The translations under genes were made by a program, and so were the position numbers. This document shows, piece by piece, positions 12,771 through 26,382 of a DNA stretch of 64,000 nucleotides (position 1 is the stretch's first letter; the number at the start of each line of letters is the position of its first letter). This stretch comes from Anthoceros angustus (taxonomy: Eukaryota > Plantae > Anthocerotophyta), in the NCBI GenBank assembly GCA_010909165.1, contig VJWM01000011.1:248001-312000 (forward strand), in the 5' to 3' direction. The notes under the pieces are model-generated. The model worked only from the letters and a program-made list of their open reading frames with translations, was not told where the DNA came from and did not search any database.

Positions 12771-13089
12771 CTATGCCTTGCTATCCAACTCACCCAGCTC
12801 ACATTTTTGACTATGTAGCCTGCAGAGTATTTGTATGCAATTTTAACATGCATAGATACTTAGAGGTTTCACTAATCACGATCTAAGATAGCGGGTGTGT
12901 TAACCTTGATTAAGGGTTTGATCTAGCCACTAACCGCCTGGAGTGCATGCCCGACACACTGATCCGGACGGAGCTACCAACCAAAGAAGTCCATCGAGCG
13001 AATTCAAGTCCCACCAAGAGAGAGAAGTGCTAACACCTCGATTTTGGTACCAAAGGACACGGAGGAACCCAAATGACACAATCAACAAT

Positions 13090-14950
13090 CTTTGAAGGAT
13101 CTGAGTGGCAACACACAAGACACGTTAGTGCCGCCGACAACTGGAAGCGATGAGGAGGACTTGTCTTGGAGTCGCCAAGATGGGAGGAGACAAGGATCGA
13201 ATGGAGTTGTTCACGTGACGAGCGGCACCTTGCCACCGGAGGACTTCATCGAGAAGTACGGTGCGTGGAGATGGAATTGAAGACCGGATACACGAAGCGA
13301 TACGGCTTCATCCAAATGCCAAGTACTTGGGGATGAAGCATTGGCGTGCTATCGCGAGCACAAGGCGAGGTTGTTGAGCGCACATCCGGAGGACTGAGTA
13401 GCTCAAGTTCAAGGAACCAAAGGCAGGAGTCACCGAGTGGGCACGATCCCATCAAGAGATGTTGACATCTTCCTACGGAGTTTCGCAAGCACGGATGAGA
13501 AGATCTCCGAGCACACTTCAAGATGAAGTCAGCGAGACGCAAGATGGCTTATCAAGAATCGACCATGGTACGTGACACCAAGATCATGAGTGACCGATCC
13601 GCAGAGAAGTACTTGCATTGCCATGCGCATGAAGGTGCAACAAGCGGTGCACAAGACGGGGGCAACACTACACCCTCAAGGAAGTGTACGAGATGGTCGA
13701 CAAGATAGGGCCACACACTTTCTCTCTCGTGGCAAAGTGATTACTCCAAAGACAAGTAGGAGTGGTGGACATGACCGACGCGGAGGTCGAGTGGAGGAGC
13801 TGAGACAAGCCAGCCCCACAGCCCAAGTGACGAGCCTCGCGAGGAGGTGCCGAGGGAGACCATTCTCATGAGTGCGAGCATGCATTCTGGAGGAGTCAAG
13901 GGTGAGGAGCCATGCCCTAGGTGTGGAGGTACGGCACAATGAAGCGGCATGTTGGGAGAAGCATCCGAATTGCGCCTCACGGGTTATCGAGCAGAACCCC
14001 GCCAATGCATCCGCCAACCTCATCCACAAAATCAAGAGCAAAGGCGCCGTGGAGGAGGCACCGAAGTCCCGTGGACAAAAGAAACGGAAGCATCAAAGAA
14101 GACGATGGATGCTACGTGGCACGCCTTGCAAAGCCGGAGAAGTTGGTGCGGCGAAGATCAAGGAGAGCAGCAGCTCATCATCGAGGACGAAGAAGATGAG
14201 CACAAGCTTGATACATGGCGACCGTGACTGTGATCCGCAAGGGGAAGAAACCTCCGCCTACGAGAGAAGATAGCTCGAGGAAGAAGAGGATGTCTTGACA
14301 CCAGCGGAAGACACGGAAGGAAGCTTCGGATCCTCTTCCCGAACCTATGCCAAGATGCCAAAGTCGCTTGAGCCATTGCCATGTGGAGCAACCTGTGGGA
14401 GCAACATCAAAGTCCAGAGGGCGATGGAGAAACCCATGCAGATTGTCGACGAGACGATGGCACAAAAGCTCGGAGATGCCATGTTTCATTTACAAGACAT
14501 GGGGTTGAGCGTGAAGGAAGTCGGGTTTGACTCGGATGTTGACAACCCTTGAAGACGAAGCAAGTGTCCAAGATGTGCCACAGTGGCAATGATGTCATTG
14601 CCGACCAAGCCAAGCATCTCGTGGAGAAGCGGAATGTCGCACGAGTGGGTGGCTTTGGTCAACAATCGGGAGAGGCACATTGAAATCAATGGATTCGCAC
14701 CAAGGAGGGTGTTGATTGACACCGAGCACACCGGTGATCGTTGGAAGAAGAGTGAAGGAAGCGTGGGTCTCCACCAAGAAAGGTTGAAGGAAACCAAGTG
14801 GAAGATCCGATCGCACTGGGACCACGGAGCATGTGTTGGGGTGACAAGGTACATGTCAAGGTTTCATTCAAACCAAGAACAGACTTCACCTTTGTCGAGG
14901 TACAGCTTGGTCACCGATGCATACATTTGATGTCTTGCTGGAGCGACGCT
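13090..14950 (+). pseudogene. Gypsy gag and aspartic protease (frameshifted)
   Basis: A degenerate gag-like region is followed by the retropepsin-like motif IEINGFAPRRVLIDT at ~14680-14725. Confidence 0.6.
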
Positions 14951-15359
14951 TTGTACAAACCTCGAGTCATGGTGGATTTGTGGACGGAGACTACTATCGA
15001 CTGGCCGAGAAGCCGGAGCAAAACCGATGAACGGATTGCCGCATCCCTCTGCTGCATGGCAAGGATCATGAGAACCTCATTGCCAGCGCCTACCCGGTTT
15101 GGCGCCAGAGTGAAGGACACGCCATACGTTTGAACCTCTTGGCGTGTGTCTAACAACCAAGCCCGATGGAGGATTTCGACGAGGAGGAGGAAAAGCTAGG
15201 GTTGCAACCACCCTGAGGAGGTTCTTCAAGTCACCGGACGGAGCGGATCGCAGAATGAGCCGAAAAGCTGTGGAGGATGGTGCAAGAGGACCAGGTCCTA
15301 TGAGCCGGAGAACAAAGTTCTTGCCTAGGGTTGAGCCTGCTTGTGACCTAAACACCTGT

Positions 15360-16280
15360 GTCATCACATGGCGACCTGAAGACGGCATAGTGCTCGTGGA
15401 ACTCTTTGGAGGCATCGACGCCAAGCAGCAAAGTGTGGCATCAAAGTAAGATACGTGCATTGTGACCCGGATCCAAAAGCAAGGATTGTGTCACGTGCGC
15501 CGTAAGAGACTTGATGGGGAGTACCAACCTCCGACGGGGGAGCCGTGAAGGGTTACCGAAGCCGGCGGATGTTCGCATGATAGGGTTGTCCCATTTGAGT
15601 TGTCTTGGGCAACCGTGGACCTTGTCATCGCAGTTGGGAGTGTCAAGGACTATCCTCGCAGTAAAGGGTCAAGGTCTCAAGGATCCACGAACAGCATTGT
15701 TCTATGACCGATGAGGATCTTGCGCTTGATCCAAAGGGCAAGAAAGGCCTTGTGGATACATGTTGGAGAATGTGCCAAGATGCATGAGCGTGAAGAAGCA
15801 AGTTCGGAGGACTTTGCCACGATCCGAGGAGTGTTGGGTCGAGCTTCTATTGGATGCATTCAATTTGGTTCGAGGGCTCATAGGTTGAGGTCCATGTGGA
15901 CTAACCTTGCTCCCTTGGAACATTTGAAGTGTGCGAGGTCGCTCACCAAGCGACCTAATCATGTTGTCAAGGATGTGCTAGCATCGGAAGGCATGCCCAA
16001 CAAGTCATCAAGACGACAAGCCGTGACTTCGTGAACACGCCTGACACCCCATGGCGGCTTGGCCAACCTTTGTGTCCAAGTCCAAGTCTTACGCCTGGGA
16101 ACCATGGCCCCGGCTGTGGTGGATGACATGGCGAGGTTTTGGGAGAGCCAACAGCCACAGAGGGAGTTGGCCATGGATTTGATGCCGGAGCCACGAAGAC
16201 ACCGGAGTGACCGAGAAGGAACGGTCGATTGCTTGGGCAAGCATTTGACGTGAACATGATGACTGGTTGTTTAGCTGAGT
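15360..16280 (+). pseudogene. C5 DNA cytosine methyltransferase domain embedded in Gypsy pol (frameshifted)
   Basis: Motifs in canonical order: I VLVELFGGI (~15391), IV VDLVIA(G)WECQGLS..KGQGLKDPRTALFYD (~15615-15710), VI YMLENV (15757-15774), VIII AHRLRSMWTNL (15876-15908) and X LGQAFDVNMM (~16232-16262). Confidence 0.85.
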
Positions 16281-16739
16281 CTTACCAACTTCAAACCAAG
16301 AAGGCGGGGTTGCTGGGTTCGGGTGAAGGATATTCAAGACTCGCATCTCAACAGGAGAAGGCGAGTTTGAGGGCAAGGAGAGCGAGCACGAGGAAGGCAA
16401 GCCATCTCGAGCCACAACCACATGAGTGGTTAACAGCGCCGAGTTGAAGAGCAATCAACGGCCGCCTAAAGGAGTTGTTGGAGGCATCGCGACATGTGTT
16501 TGCTTTCACGCTATGAGATGGGGAAGTACACCAAAGGAAGTTCCACATAGAACTCGACTACGATGAACCAGTGTTCCAGAGGCATGTGCTCACAAGGCCG
16601 AGTGGGATTTGGTTGAGAATCGATGCCAAGAGCTTCTCAAAGGGCTGATTCGACGATCTAACTCCACTACAAGGAGGCTACCTTTTACAAATGGGTCTAA
16701 GTTTAGTTAGAGGAAACTACAACACTCTTACTGACTCAA

Positions 16740-18440
16740 AGCCTGTTGTAAGTTTTTGAACATTTACAACAAGGGTTCCTAACTAATATGATGTGGCATG
16801 GATTTTACAACGGGGTTTGTTGACATGGCATTTGACATAATTTTACAACGGGATTTGTTGACATGGCATGTTGACACAAATTTTACAACGGGGTTTGTTG
16901 ACATGGCTTGCTCGTTGTACATGACGTTGTTAATTGTGCATAAACTCTTTTGATTTAGAAAACTATGGGGGTTATTTGTTAATAAAACTACATTTTGTTG
17001 AATTTATAATGACGTGGCATAAAGGATGTTGTAAAACGTACTTGTAAAAGACGTTGTAAACCATGTTTGTTGTAGATGTGGTTGTAAATTGTGCAAGACT
17101 TGATTTTTGGAATAATACCATTTATTGGAATATCTATGAATAGATTTATTATTTGCTGATGTGGCAAGTTCGTTGCAAATGATGTTGTAAATATGTTTCT
17201 CTGGATTTATGTTAGTTATGGGATTATCTTTTTTTTTTGTATTCTTGACGTGTCACATGCATTGTAGCTATGGTTGTAAAACGCATGAAAACCATTTTAT
17301 ATAAATATCTATAAATAAATTTATTATTTGCTGACATGGCAAGCTCATTGCAAATATCATTGTAAAATGGTTTCTCCAATTTATGTTATATTATTGGATT
17401 ATTCATTTATTGTATATTATTGACGTGGCACATGTCGTAACTATGGTTGTAAAATGCACAAGCCAGCCAATATCCATGAATAAATATATTATTTGCTGAT
17501 GTGGCATGTTTTATGTAAAATGCCGTTGTAAAATTTTGGAAGAGACCTTTTCCTTATTTATGTAATTTATGAGGTTATATATTAGTAAGATTCTTGATGT
17601 GGCATGCCTTTTCCTTATTTATGTAATTTATGAGGTTATATATTAGTAAGATTGCGATGTGGCATGCCTTTTCCTTATTTATGTAATTTATGAGGTTATA
17701 TATTAGTAAGATTGCGATGTGGCATGTCATGCCGTTGTAAATATGGAAGAGACCTTTTCCGATTTATGTCATTATGAGGCTATATATTTCGACCGAGTTC
17801 GCTCCACAACCCTTCTCCAATTGCAGGCGTGAAGATGAAGAAGAGGAATATAACGCTGGTGAGGAGGTTTCTCAGCGCGCTCGAATATATCGGCGAGGGG
17901 GGGCGTGCATGACGCAATGCATCTGCAGCTTTTCACCCGACTCCATCCTACAAGGACCGGAGATGATCCGGTTGTTGGAGCATCACTTTCCAAAATGATC
18001 AACAAGTGGGAGTGAAGAGGTATACCCAAACACACCTCTGTCCGTCACCTCCTCCCGCTTCTCTCCGATCGGTCACCTCCTCCCACGAAGACAAAGCATT
18101 CAATTGGGCTTTACCGGACCGTGTTTTACAACACGGTCCGTTTAAAAATGTACGTTATAAAATGTTTGAGACGGCCGAGATCGGGCCTCTCTCATGTTTT
18201 ACAACATCGTACAACCTAATCTAATTTACAACACGATCCATTGCAAACCTCACGTACATTGTAAAGCGTTTAAGAGAGGCCAAGATAGGCCTCCCACAAT
18301 TTTACAACATAGTCTAATTTACAACTTGCGCACTTGTATGTTGTAAAATGTATGACAAGGGATCAGCCTCTGCGTTTACACCAAATTCACAACGTAGTCT
18401 CATATACAAGGTCCATTGCAAAGCGATCTTGCAGCGTTGT
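16740..18440. repeat. Left subterminal repeat region of the CACTA
   Basis: Dense TTTACAAC/GTTGTAAA and GATGTGGCA/GACATGGCA motifs, including a 3x ~59-bp tandem repeat at ~17545-17730. Confidence 0.8.
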
Positions 18441-19079
18441 ATCTCGATCGGGCTTCGTGCCATTGACAAATTCACATTAGCGTAGTGCCATTGACAAATT
18501 CACGAGCCATGGCGGCGTTCAGAGAGACACAAGCCACGGTTCCCCAAGTACCACTTGCTTTCGTGCTCTCACATAAATCATAGCAAGAGTTAGGAACGCA
18601 CGAAGCGGAGTGCCGCAACCAGCACTCCACAACACCCTCAGGCAAGAGAGATGCACCACCTTCAAGCAAGAGACATGCACCACCTTCAGGCAAGAGACAT
18701 GCAGTCCTCTTCATGTGTCATTTAGCTGTCAAACAACTTCCACCAAAAATTGGACACTGTAACTCAGAGCGTGATTTCTTGATGCGAGAAGCCATATGAA
18801 CTAGCATCCATGAATACACTAAGGAGTACAGAGCCATTAAAGCTTGGTATTCTACCGATCTCGCTTCCATCAGCCGCCCTCTTCTCCTCGCTCTTTTGGT
18901 TTGCTATCCGGGACGCCCAGTGTTGATGTTCTACAGGCTTTCCCCTGCGTTGCATCCATGTGAAATGTGAAAGAGATGTAGTGTGGCAATATGCAGGGGC
19001 TGGATGTTGAAGCCATGAGAAAATGCAGTGGACAACAAAGTTGCATAAACGTTTGCAAGGCGAGAATGCTCAAGCATTG

Positions 19080-19560
19080 AAAACTTGATGCGCATCTTCT
19101 ACTTCGCCACACTTTGCCTACATGTCCACGGGCAAGTGCCCACAAGTGTGTTATCTAGTCCTCTCTCCACAATCAGGAGTGCACACCTTATAAGGCACTT
19201 GCGTTTACCGAGCCTTGGAAGGCAAGCAAAGGTAACATGGTTGCCACAATCAGCCCTCCTTCTCCATTTGTCCATACGAACAAGCGCCTCTTGGCCAAGC
19301 CATGATTTGCATACCCAACTATCGGGCCGTCCATGTCACGACATCCTTTCGCCTAACCTATCGAAAACCGTGTTTGCCTCTTCCAGATTCACCACGGTTT
19401 GCGTACATGTCCACCGCATTGGCAATAAACAAGTTCGGTGGAATGTCATGCAACATATCATGCCGCACTTTTCGCTAGATTCGTGTCCACAAATGCACAA
19501 GCTTGAAGGGCTGCAAAGATGTGGGCATCCGCCTTCACACGAGCGACACATCGCATAGTA
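19080..19560 (-). pseudogene. Captured PLS-class PPR gene fragment
   Basis: Degenerate PPR motifs VDMYAN.G.LEEANTVFDRLGER.VVTW and VDM*AKCGEVEDAHQVF, with stops and frameshifts. Confidence 0.6.
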
Positions 19561-19871
19561 AAGTTGTATCGCCTCATTAGGCTCCCCATGTGTAGCATGC
19601 GGAGATTATTGAAAACCACATGAAGGGATTTGGTTTGCCCCCTCCGTAGCCTACCTCCGGATACATACATGCAAGATATGGTTCCCCAAGTATGTGATTG
19701 ACTCATCCAAGTTTGACTGAGATCATGAACGTCATCCCACAACCATGTCCTTCTTATCTCGCACAAAGTTTTAGCGACATATAAAATGGATGAGGAATAG
19801 AATAGTCTATCTACATGATTTTACTCCGGCCTCGATAGCTTTCCCTACTCACATAACGTCGATGGTTACAG

Positions 19872-20661
19872 TGTCACGACTCCCATATCCAATCCGCACA
19901 CCTCCGCTCAGCTTGGGAGCTCGACTTGGAAGGAGAAGCACAATGACCCACGCATATTCAAAGAAACAAGCTTCTCATCCAACAAGTCGGCTTGAACATG
20001 TTGTTTAACCCGAGGACCTCACGGACTCCTTGCGAATGTCGTGAGCGAGAGCTCCTCTTACCTCGCCTAGTTTCCCACGCACAAGAGGGGAGTCCTAGGA
20101 AGTGGTGATGGGAGGACGGTTACTTGGTGTGGTCACTGAGAAGCGGTGGCCGCTCAAGTCCGCTTACACAGTCCGTAGTCCTATCTATTCAAATAGGTAG
20201 GACTCAAGTCCTTGGTCTTTGGGGTTTGGGAAAACAGACTCAAGTCCTTGGTCTTGGGTTTGAATGATGTTCCTTGGTCCTTAGTAGCAGATAGAAGCCT
20301 ATTTCAGTCCTTGGTCTTGAGGTTCGGAAGGATGTTCCTTGGTCCTTGGGAAAATGGTATGTAGATAGAAACCTAGTCCTTGGTCTTCGGGTTTCGGAAG
20401 GATGTTCCTTGGTCCTTGGGAAAAGTAGCATGTAGATAGAAACCTATTTCGAGGGCCGAGGAAGGCAACTTCCTTGAACCATGGGAATTCCGTTTTCTAG
20501 ATATTGCATGTAGGGCTATATATGCATGTTAGGTAGACTAGGGGTAAAATTGGCACATTCTAAGAGGCAACCGAATCGCCCTAAGGTAATGGATCAGAAT
20601 CCTAACGGTGTGTACTACCTAATGGGATGCACGATTACGAGCATCTTGGATGCTTGTGACA
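19872..20661. mobile_element. Possible solo LTR
   Basis: Bounded by the inverted ends TGTCAC and GTGACA, with internal short tandem repeats (gtccttggtctt; gatgttccttggtccttgggaaaa). The flanks TACAG/CACAT match only 3/5, so no clean TSD. Confidence 0.4.
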
Positions 20662-21290
20662 CACATGTGTTTGTCTCGCTTCAAAATGTGAACGCACAAG
20701 TTCATGCGCAGGCAAGGAATCCTTCCGATCTTGGAAGAGCGGTTGGGGAATGGCATTTTCAACATCGATGGAGAGATGTGGAAGACGCAGGAAGACTTCA
20801 AGCTTGAGTTCTCTTCAGTGCTGTGATTACGCACCAACGCGAGAGAGGTGCTCGCGGCAAGACATTGCCCAAGCTTGGGAAAGGAGGAGGTTGTTGACAT
20901 GCGGTGAATGATGGTGTGTGGAGCATGTTGCAATCCGCCTTCTTAATGCTCGTGAATTTTGCTCGATGATTCGTGCAAGCCATTGAAGGATCTCTTCGCG
21001 CATGACATTCGATTCCATTTGCAAAATCGGGCAACACCCTTAGGCAAGAGACATGCACCACCATCTATGAGTGCAATCGCGTTCCTTCCACAATTTGTGA
21101 GTGCATACGTGCCCTTTTGCATCTTCCAGCTCACCATATTTTGCGATCCTCTTTCATGGGTCGTTCAACTGCCAAAACTTGGCAGGCATTTTCCGTTCAC
21201 CAAATTTTGCATACATGTCCACTGTAGGTGCCCACCACTACATTCTCCAGCAGCCGAGCCCTTGCTGTACCCATAAGGGCATTCCATGTC
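20662..21290 (-). pseudogene. Second captured PPR gene fragment
   Basis: TWNALMG and ENVVVGT..VDMYAKFGE motifs, degenerate. Confidence 0.5.
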
Positions 21291-21399
21291 ACCATATCCT
21301 CGACAAAGCAAGCAAGACTACAAGAAAGGTTAGGGAATCACCACTAGTTGTCCATCATAGTGAAGACTAAACGAGGTTCTTTGAAATCATCATCCCCAC

Positions 21400-22525
21400 T
21401 TGCCAATTAAGACGATCCATGTAACGTAGGGGTCGTCGTTCAATAGCCCATCATAGCATATGATGGATAACCGAGAGACAGACCGAGATTCTTGAATCAA
21501 GCAGCTTATCCCCACTCGCCAAGACCACATCCATGGTGCTCCCATTCCTCCTCCATAAGATGATCCGGTGGCGTGGCGCGTCGTTCTCTGACTCTCCGAG
21601 TGTCCAAAATTTGTCGACTTATTCTCCAAAACACGGAAGGAGGATTCGCACTCCTCTCTCGAGGTACTTAGCGCCAATTTGAGTAGGCGGGACAACTTCC
21701 CTACATCGGGCGGGGAACCCCAAGCCGGATGGCGCCACTTGTTCGCATGGCGGGCAGGGAGACTTGTATCACAACCATCTTGTGAAGCAAGCGGTGGCTA
21801 TGTCCTCACCTTGTTTACTATGTGTCCTCAACAATGGTCGAAGGCTCTGCGGCGGTTTTCCACGAGGACAAGCCAAAGGCGGCCCGAGTACACCGTGCCA
21901 CACAAGCCGTGAAAGGTGGAACCCGATACAAAACGGCTCCCGCTTGAGTGCGCATCGGAACAAAGGCGGGTGTCCGCTGCGGAGAAATCATCAACGTCTT
22001 GTCTTCTTTACTCTTTCCGGGACTACGCCGAGGCAACGGCCAAGATCGGATACCACACTCAAAGAAAAAGATTGATTTGTGGCCCAATTCTAGTGCCTCA
22101 TCGCTACCAAGAAGCCGGAAGAGGTCGATCATCGAAATTGGCGCGCAGCAACTACGCCGCAACAATCGGTCATGCGTTGGGCGTCGTAAACCCTTAAACC
22201 ACGAACCCGTTGCCTTACGGAACCCCAACAAGTCCAACGGTGAGGATGTGCAATTTGAAGAAGGGACGTCGGTGGCGGAAACCTACGCACTAACTATCTC
22301 GGATGTCGGTACCCATGTCGCATTAATATGCATCCGAGTTGAAGTCCGTTGCCTTGGATGCATTCGATGAAAGGCGATGCACCACGAGGAGCGATGCGGT
22401 GGTCGTGGTGACGGGCGGGCGATCAAGCGTGGAAATGGACCATGGTATCACGCTTTGCAACATTGATGATTTCACCGGACATGCAAGGATCCGCATCGGT
22501 AGAACCCCAACAACGGTGACCTAGC
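21400..22525 (-). pseudogene. Retrotransposon gag-like fragment
   Basis: Degenerate retrotrans_gag-like text (ATGSWFKGL..IFFFECGI) and a decayed zinc-knuckle-like motif near 21790-21830. Confidence 0.35.
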
Positions 22526-23149
22526 ATGTTTTAAGAAAAACTAAAAATATTTTTGAACACCAACCTATATCAACTATCTATCTATCCTCCCATCGTCTCT
22601 CCCTCTTTACCTCTTTCGCATTGTACCCTTCCTTGCCCCGCATAACATGTCTATTACTCCAACTCTACTATGTAACTCATTGGTCATCATCCGCTCATAC
22701 TATATCATCTTCATCATCCTCACTCATGCTATCCCGACTAGAAGCCTCACGTTGTACTATCGTCTTCCACTAGAAGCCTCACGTTGTACTATCGTCTTCC
22801 ACGTCGTTTGTACTCACCATAATTATAATTAAATAAGTGAAATATTTAAGACTTGGGATACTTTTTATACTTATAAGAAAAGCTTTAAAATATTTTTCAA
22901 CCTATCAATTACCTATCTATCCTCCCACCCTCTCCACTCCTTATCCCTCTATAATCTCCACTCCTTATCCCTCTATCATCTCCCTTCCCCTTCTCCTTTC
23001 CACATAACAAGTCTATTACTCCAACTCTACTATGTAACTCATTGGTCATTATCGCTCACGCTATCATTGTCTTCATCATCCTCACCTATGATATCCGCAT
23101 CCTCATCATCTTGACTCATGTTATCCTCGTCTTGAGCCTCACCTTGTAC

Positions 23150-26100
23150 TATGCGTCTTCCACGTGCGCTTGTACCCACCACAATTTTCCATGCATTTTA
23201 GAATTCTCATACAAAAGACTTGCTCCACTTTCTCCGATACTAGTACAAATGGCTCATCCTCCAACTTATCATTGGATAACATGACATCGTTAACCATGAA
23301 CATACGAGATGTATCTGTTTTGATGGTCAGTGCTCTTTGTTCCATTGAGCCTTGAACCATCTCACCTTCAACACATTTACTTTTTAGACGGCCCTAAGTC
23401 CACCTCCAAAATCTTTTCCACCTTTCCAAAGATAGGGAAAATCTGCTATAATAGGTTCGGTGTCCCGCGATGTGAAACACATGCCGGCTATATAGATGTT
23501 TTATAATGCTATCACATGTATTCTTTCCCTATCGCATCTATAGTCCTTATATGATTTCCATATGCCCACATCATTTTATATGATCGCACACGAGGAGGTC
23601 CTCGCACAATTGCACATCCAACCCATAGGTTTGTCGCATTTCCCTTTCTTATACTTAACTTCATCTATCAACCATTCGCAAAGGGCGTTGCTCGTCGTCT
23701 ATCTCATACACTTTTCGCCATTTTTGAGTACAATGAGTTTTCCACTAACACTTTCCTCATCTTGCATTTCCACATCATTCGGTCATAATTTTGCCATTCC
23801 TTGCAATAACACCCCACATTGGGTGACATCATCTTCTGATTTCCACACTCTTGGTGCCTCTTTATGTGTATTTCTAAAGAACTTTGAGCTATAAAATATT
23901 ATCTTTTGTCCTAAGTATCCTAAAGCCATGCTACCTTTTGGTCGGCTTTTTGTCGAACAAATCCCTTTAACACAGCTTTTATGTGCCTTTCTAAGAACGA
24001 TATTGAGTTGGTCCACATAACTCAACCTCCCGCACAAGATGAACAACAACATGTACTTGACTTGTCGGAAAAGTCATTGGAAATTCTCTCTCCAACACAC
24101 ACATGATCTCCACACTTTTCACCTTCATAGCTGGAATTTCATCCTTCGCAATTTCTTTTGAACAAAGCCACGAATAGCTCGGCAAGATCACATATAGCCT
24201 TGTGAACATCATGATGTATTAATCCTTTCAAGACAATTGGCCACAAATCCGTTGATGGTGATGATCATGAGACTTTAACCACGAAATTCCCTCTTCTCTC
24301 CCTTTAGAAAACAACGCTCAAATTTGACCCATACCACAGAGGAATGATCTGCAAATCCTTGTTCTCAATTTTTCCTCTGCATTAGCATACATTCGCCTCT
24401 TTTCTGCCATGTCCAAGAACCGGTCTTGGTGTCGTTATAAATGTCCGTCCACAGGTTCGCCAGTTTTTTAGTTACCTTGCACCCCATTTACAATGTTTTG
24501 GCCTCTTTGTCTCCTTCCACAGGCGATGGCCTCGCATGGGGCCACCAATCTTGTTTGGTATTTGAATACTCAAGATCTCTCGACTACCAAGGGAATCTTG
24601 ATTCCCACATATGTGTGCCAAAATCATTGACTTACATTCTTTCCAATGTGCATGATATCAAATAAGTGTCGATCAACAATATACGCAACCACCAAATAGC
24701 ATGACTAAAAGTTAACCTTCATGAATAGCTATTAGTCTACCTACCGATGCTACCAATAATATAATTAAAATATTCTTGAAAAGGGTAATACTTGCAAGAC
24801 CCCATATGCATGCATACATACCTCCCAAGATGGAAGCTCCCGAAAATTGAAGGCTCGTCGCTAGTAACACCCAGCTGTCTTCACCATTGTCTTTTGCATA
24901 TTTCCGGTTAAAGCTTTCGATCATAATATCCTCCGGAGTTGGTGCATAGTCCGGATGAATAATTTCCATCTCACCTTTCCATTGAATGAATCCCGCTCTT
25001 CCACTCTAAACTTGTGTTCCTCGTAAAATTTTCTAAAATTCTTATCATACGTCATTTTGTTTGTGAACATTGACTTTCTTGCTTCTAATTTGTCCCAACA
25101 TATCGGACATGCCCGCTTCCCTTTTGTTTGCATTTTAGAAGTGAAAGAATATCCGGATAATCATGCATCGTCCACAACAATAAGGCCTTCAATTTAAATT
25201 GTCTTTGAGCATTTCCAATAGCCATAGAAGCATCTTGTACGACCACACCTTCCTCCCACAGTACCTTCAACTCTTCGATGAGTGGTTGAAAATATATCTG
25301 CATCTTTACTTGCTTGGACCGGAATAATCATTGACAACAATATATGCCCATTCTTGATAGATAACCAAGGAGGCGTTATAATTGACAAGAAGCACACAGG
25401 CCATATAGAATACCTAGAACTTTGGTGCCCAAAGGATTAATCCCATCCGTAGCAAGTCCTAATCGAATGTTGCGTCTCCTTAGCAAACTCGATAAGTGTT
25501 GTCCACATGTTCCCATGCATAGCTATCCGATGGGACCCGCATAATCCCATCATTAGACTTATTTGTGGCGTGCCATGACATCATACTTGCTAGCTCCGGA
25601 CATCTAAACATTTGTTTCAATCTAGGAATCAATGGAAAATATCAAGCTTAACCTACACACTCGTTCTTCGTGTCAATTCGATACCTATGTTCCACACATC
25701 TTGCGAATAGCAATTGAAAACTCTGTGAACAACATACAATCATCTTGACAAGCATGTATGGATGTATATGTTAGGCCAAACCCTTAAGCATCTTTTTAAT
25801 TTCAGCCCTACTTTTGGCAACTTGTTGCCACGAGGCCTAATTTGCCTAGTAATGATAAAATTGAATTCAAAGATGCATCCGACCAGCCATGCCTCCTTTG
25901 GATGTTCAATAACAATAAAATGAATGCCAATAAACTTATCTCGGCTCCAACCCATAGAGGCGTAGTTCTGCGGTGTGCATCGCCTTTAATTCCTCGGTGC
26001 AAGGAATCGACTGTTCTTTAGTCATTTCCGATGCCAAACCCCACCAAGTGCCTCCACCAACTCTATGGTCACTTGTTCGTCGGGATGAATGTTGACATGT

Positions 26101-26156
26101 TCTTCATCAACCTCAAAATGATCATCAACCTCAATAAAATCTTGTTCCTCTTCAAT
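23150..26156 (-). pseudogene. CACTA Tnp2/TnpD transposase core (Transposase_21, DUF4218, DUF4216 regions), frameshifted
   Basis: TPLWVGAEISLLAFILLLLNIQRRHGWSDASL, NIRLGLATDG, YSIWPVCF, QPLIEELKVLWEEG..LLWTMHDYP, ACPIC, DIMHI and CVLEREFP..QVHVVVHL..EVELCGP. Confidence 0.88.
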
Positions 26157-26382
26157 CTATTTATTCAATCACACGCACAGAATAAATATCAAATAAGTAT
26201 ATAAAATATTGTAGTTCTATATAGAATAAATTAATATTATAATTTCAAAACTTTAGTATAACCACTGTTATTAATGAAATATTGAACAACATGCAAAACT
26301 AAAAAGGTTAAGAAGTCAAGTGAGGAGAGTATATACTAATTGTTTTGTTGCAAATATAGTCAATATACACAAGGTACAAGAC

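Noticed and set aside
12700-12800. A bona fide 5S rRNA gene
   Set aside because: Only the internal ~47-nt core resembles 5S. The 5' and 3' stems and an array context are absent.
15360-16280. Host DRM/CMT/MET1 gene or bacterial restriction-modification methylase contamination
   Set aside because: Intronless, collinear with pol between PR and RT, unpermuted motif order, no BAH/chromo/UBA domains and no bacterial gene context.
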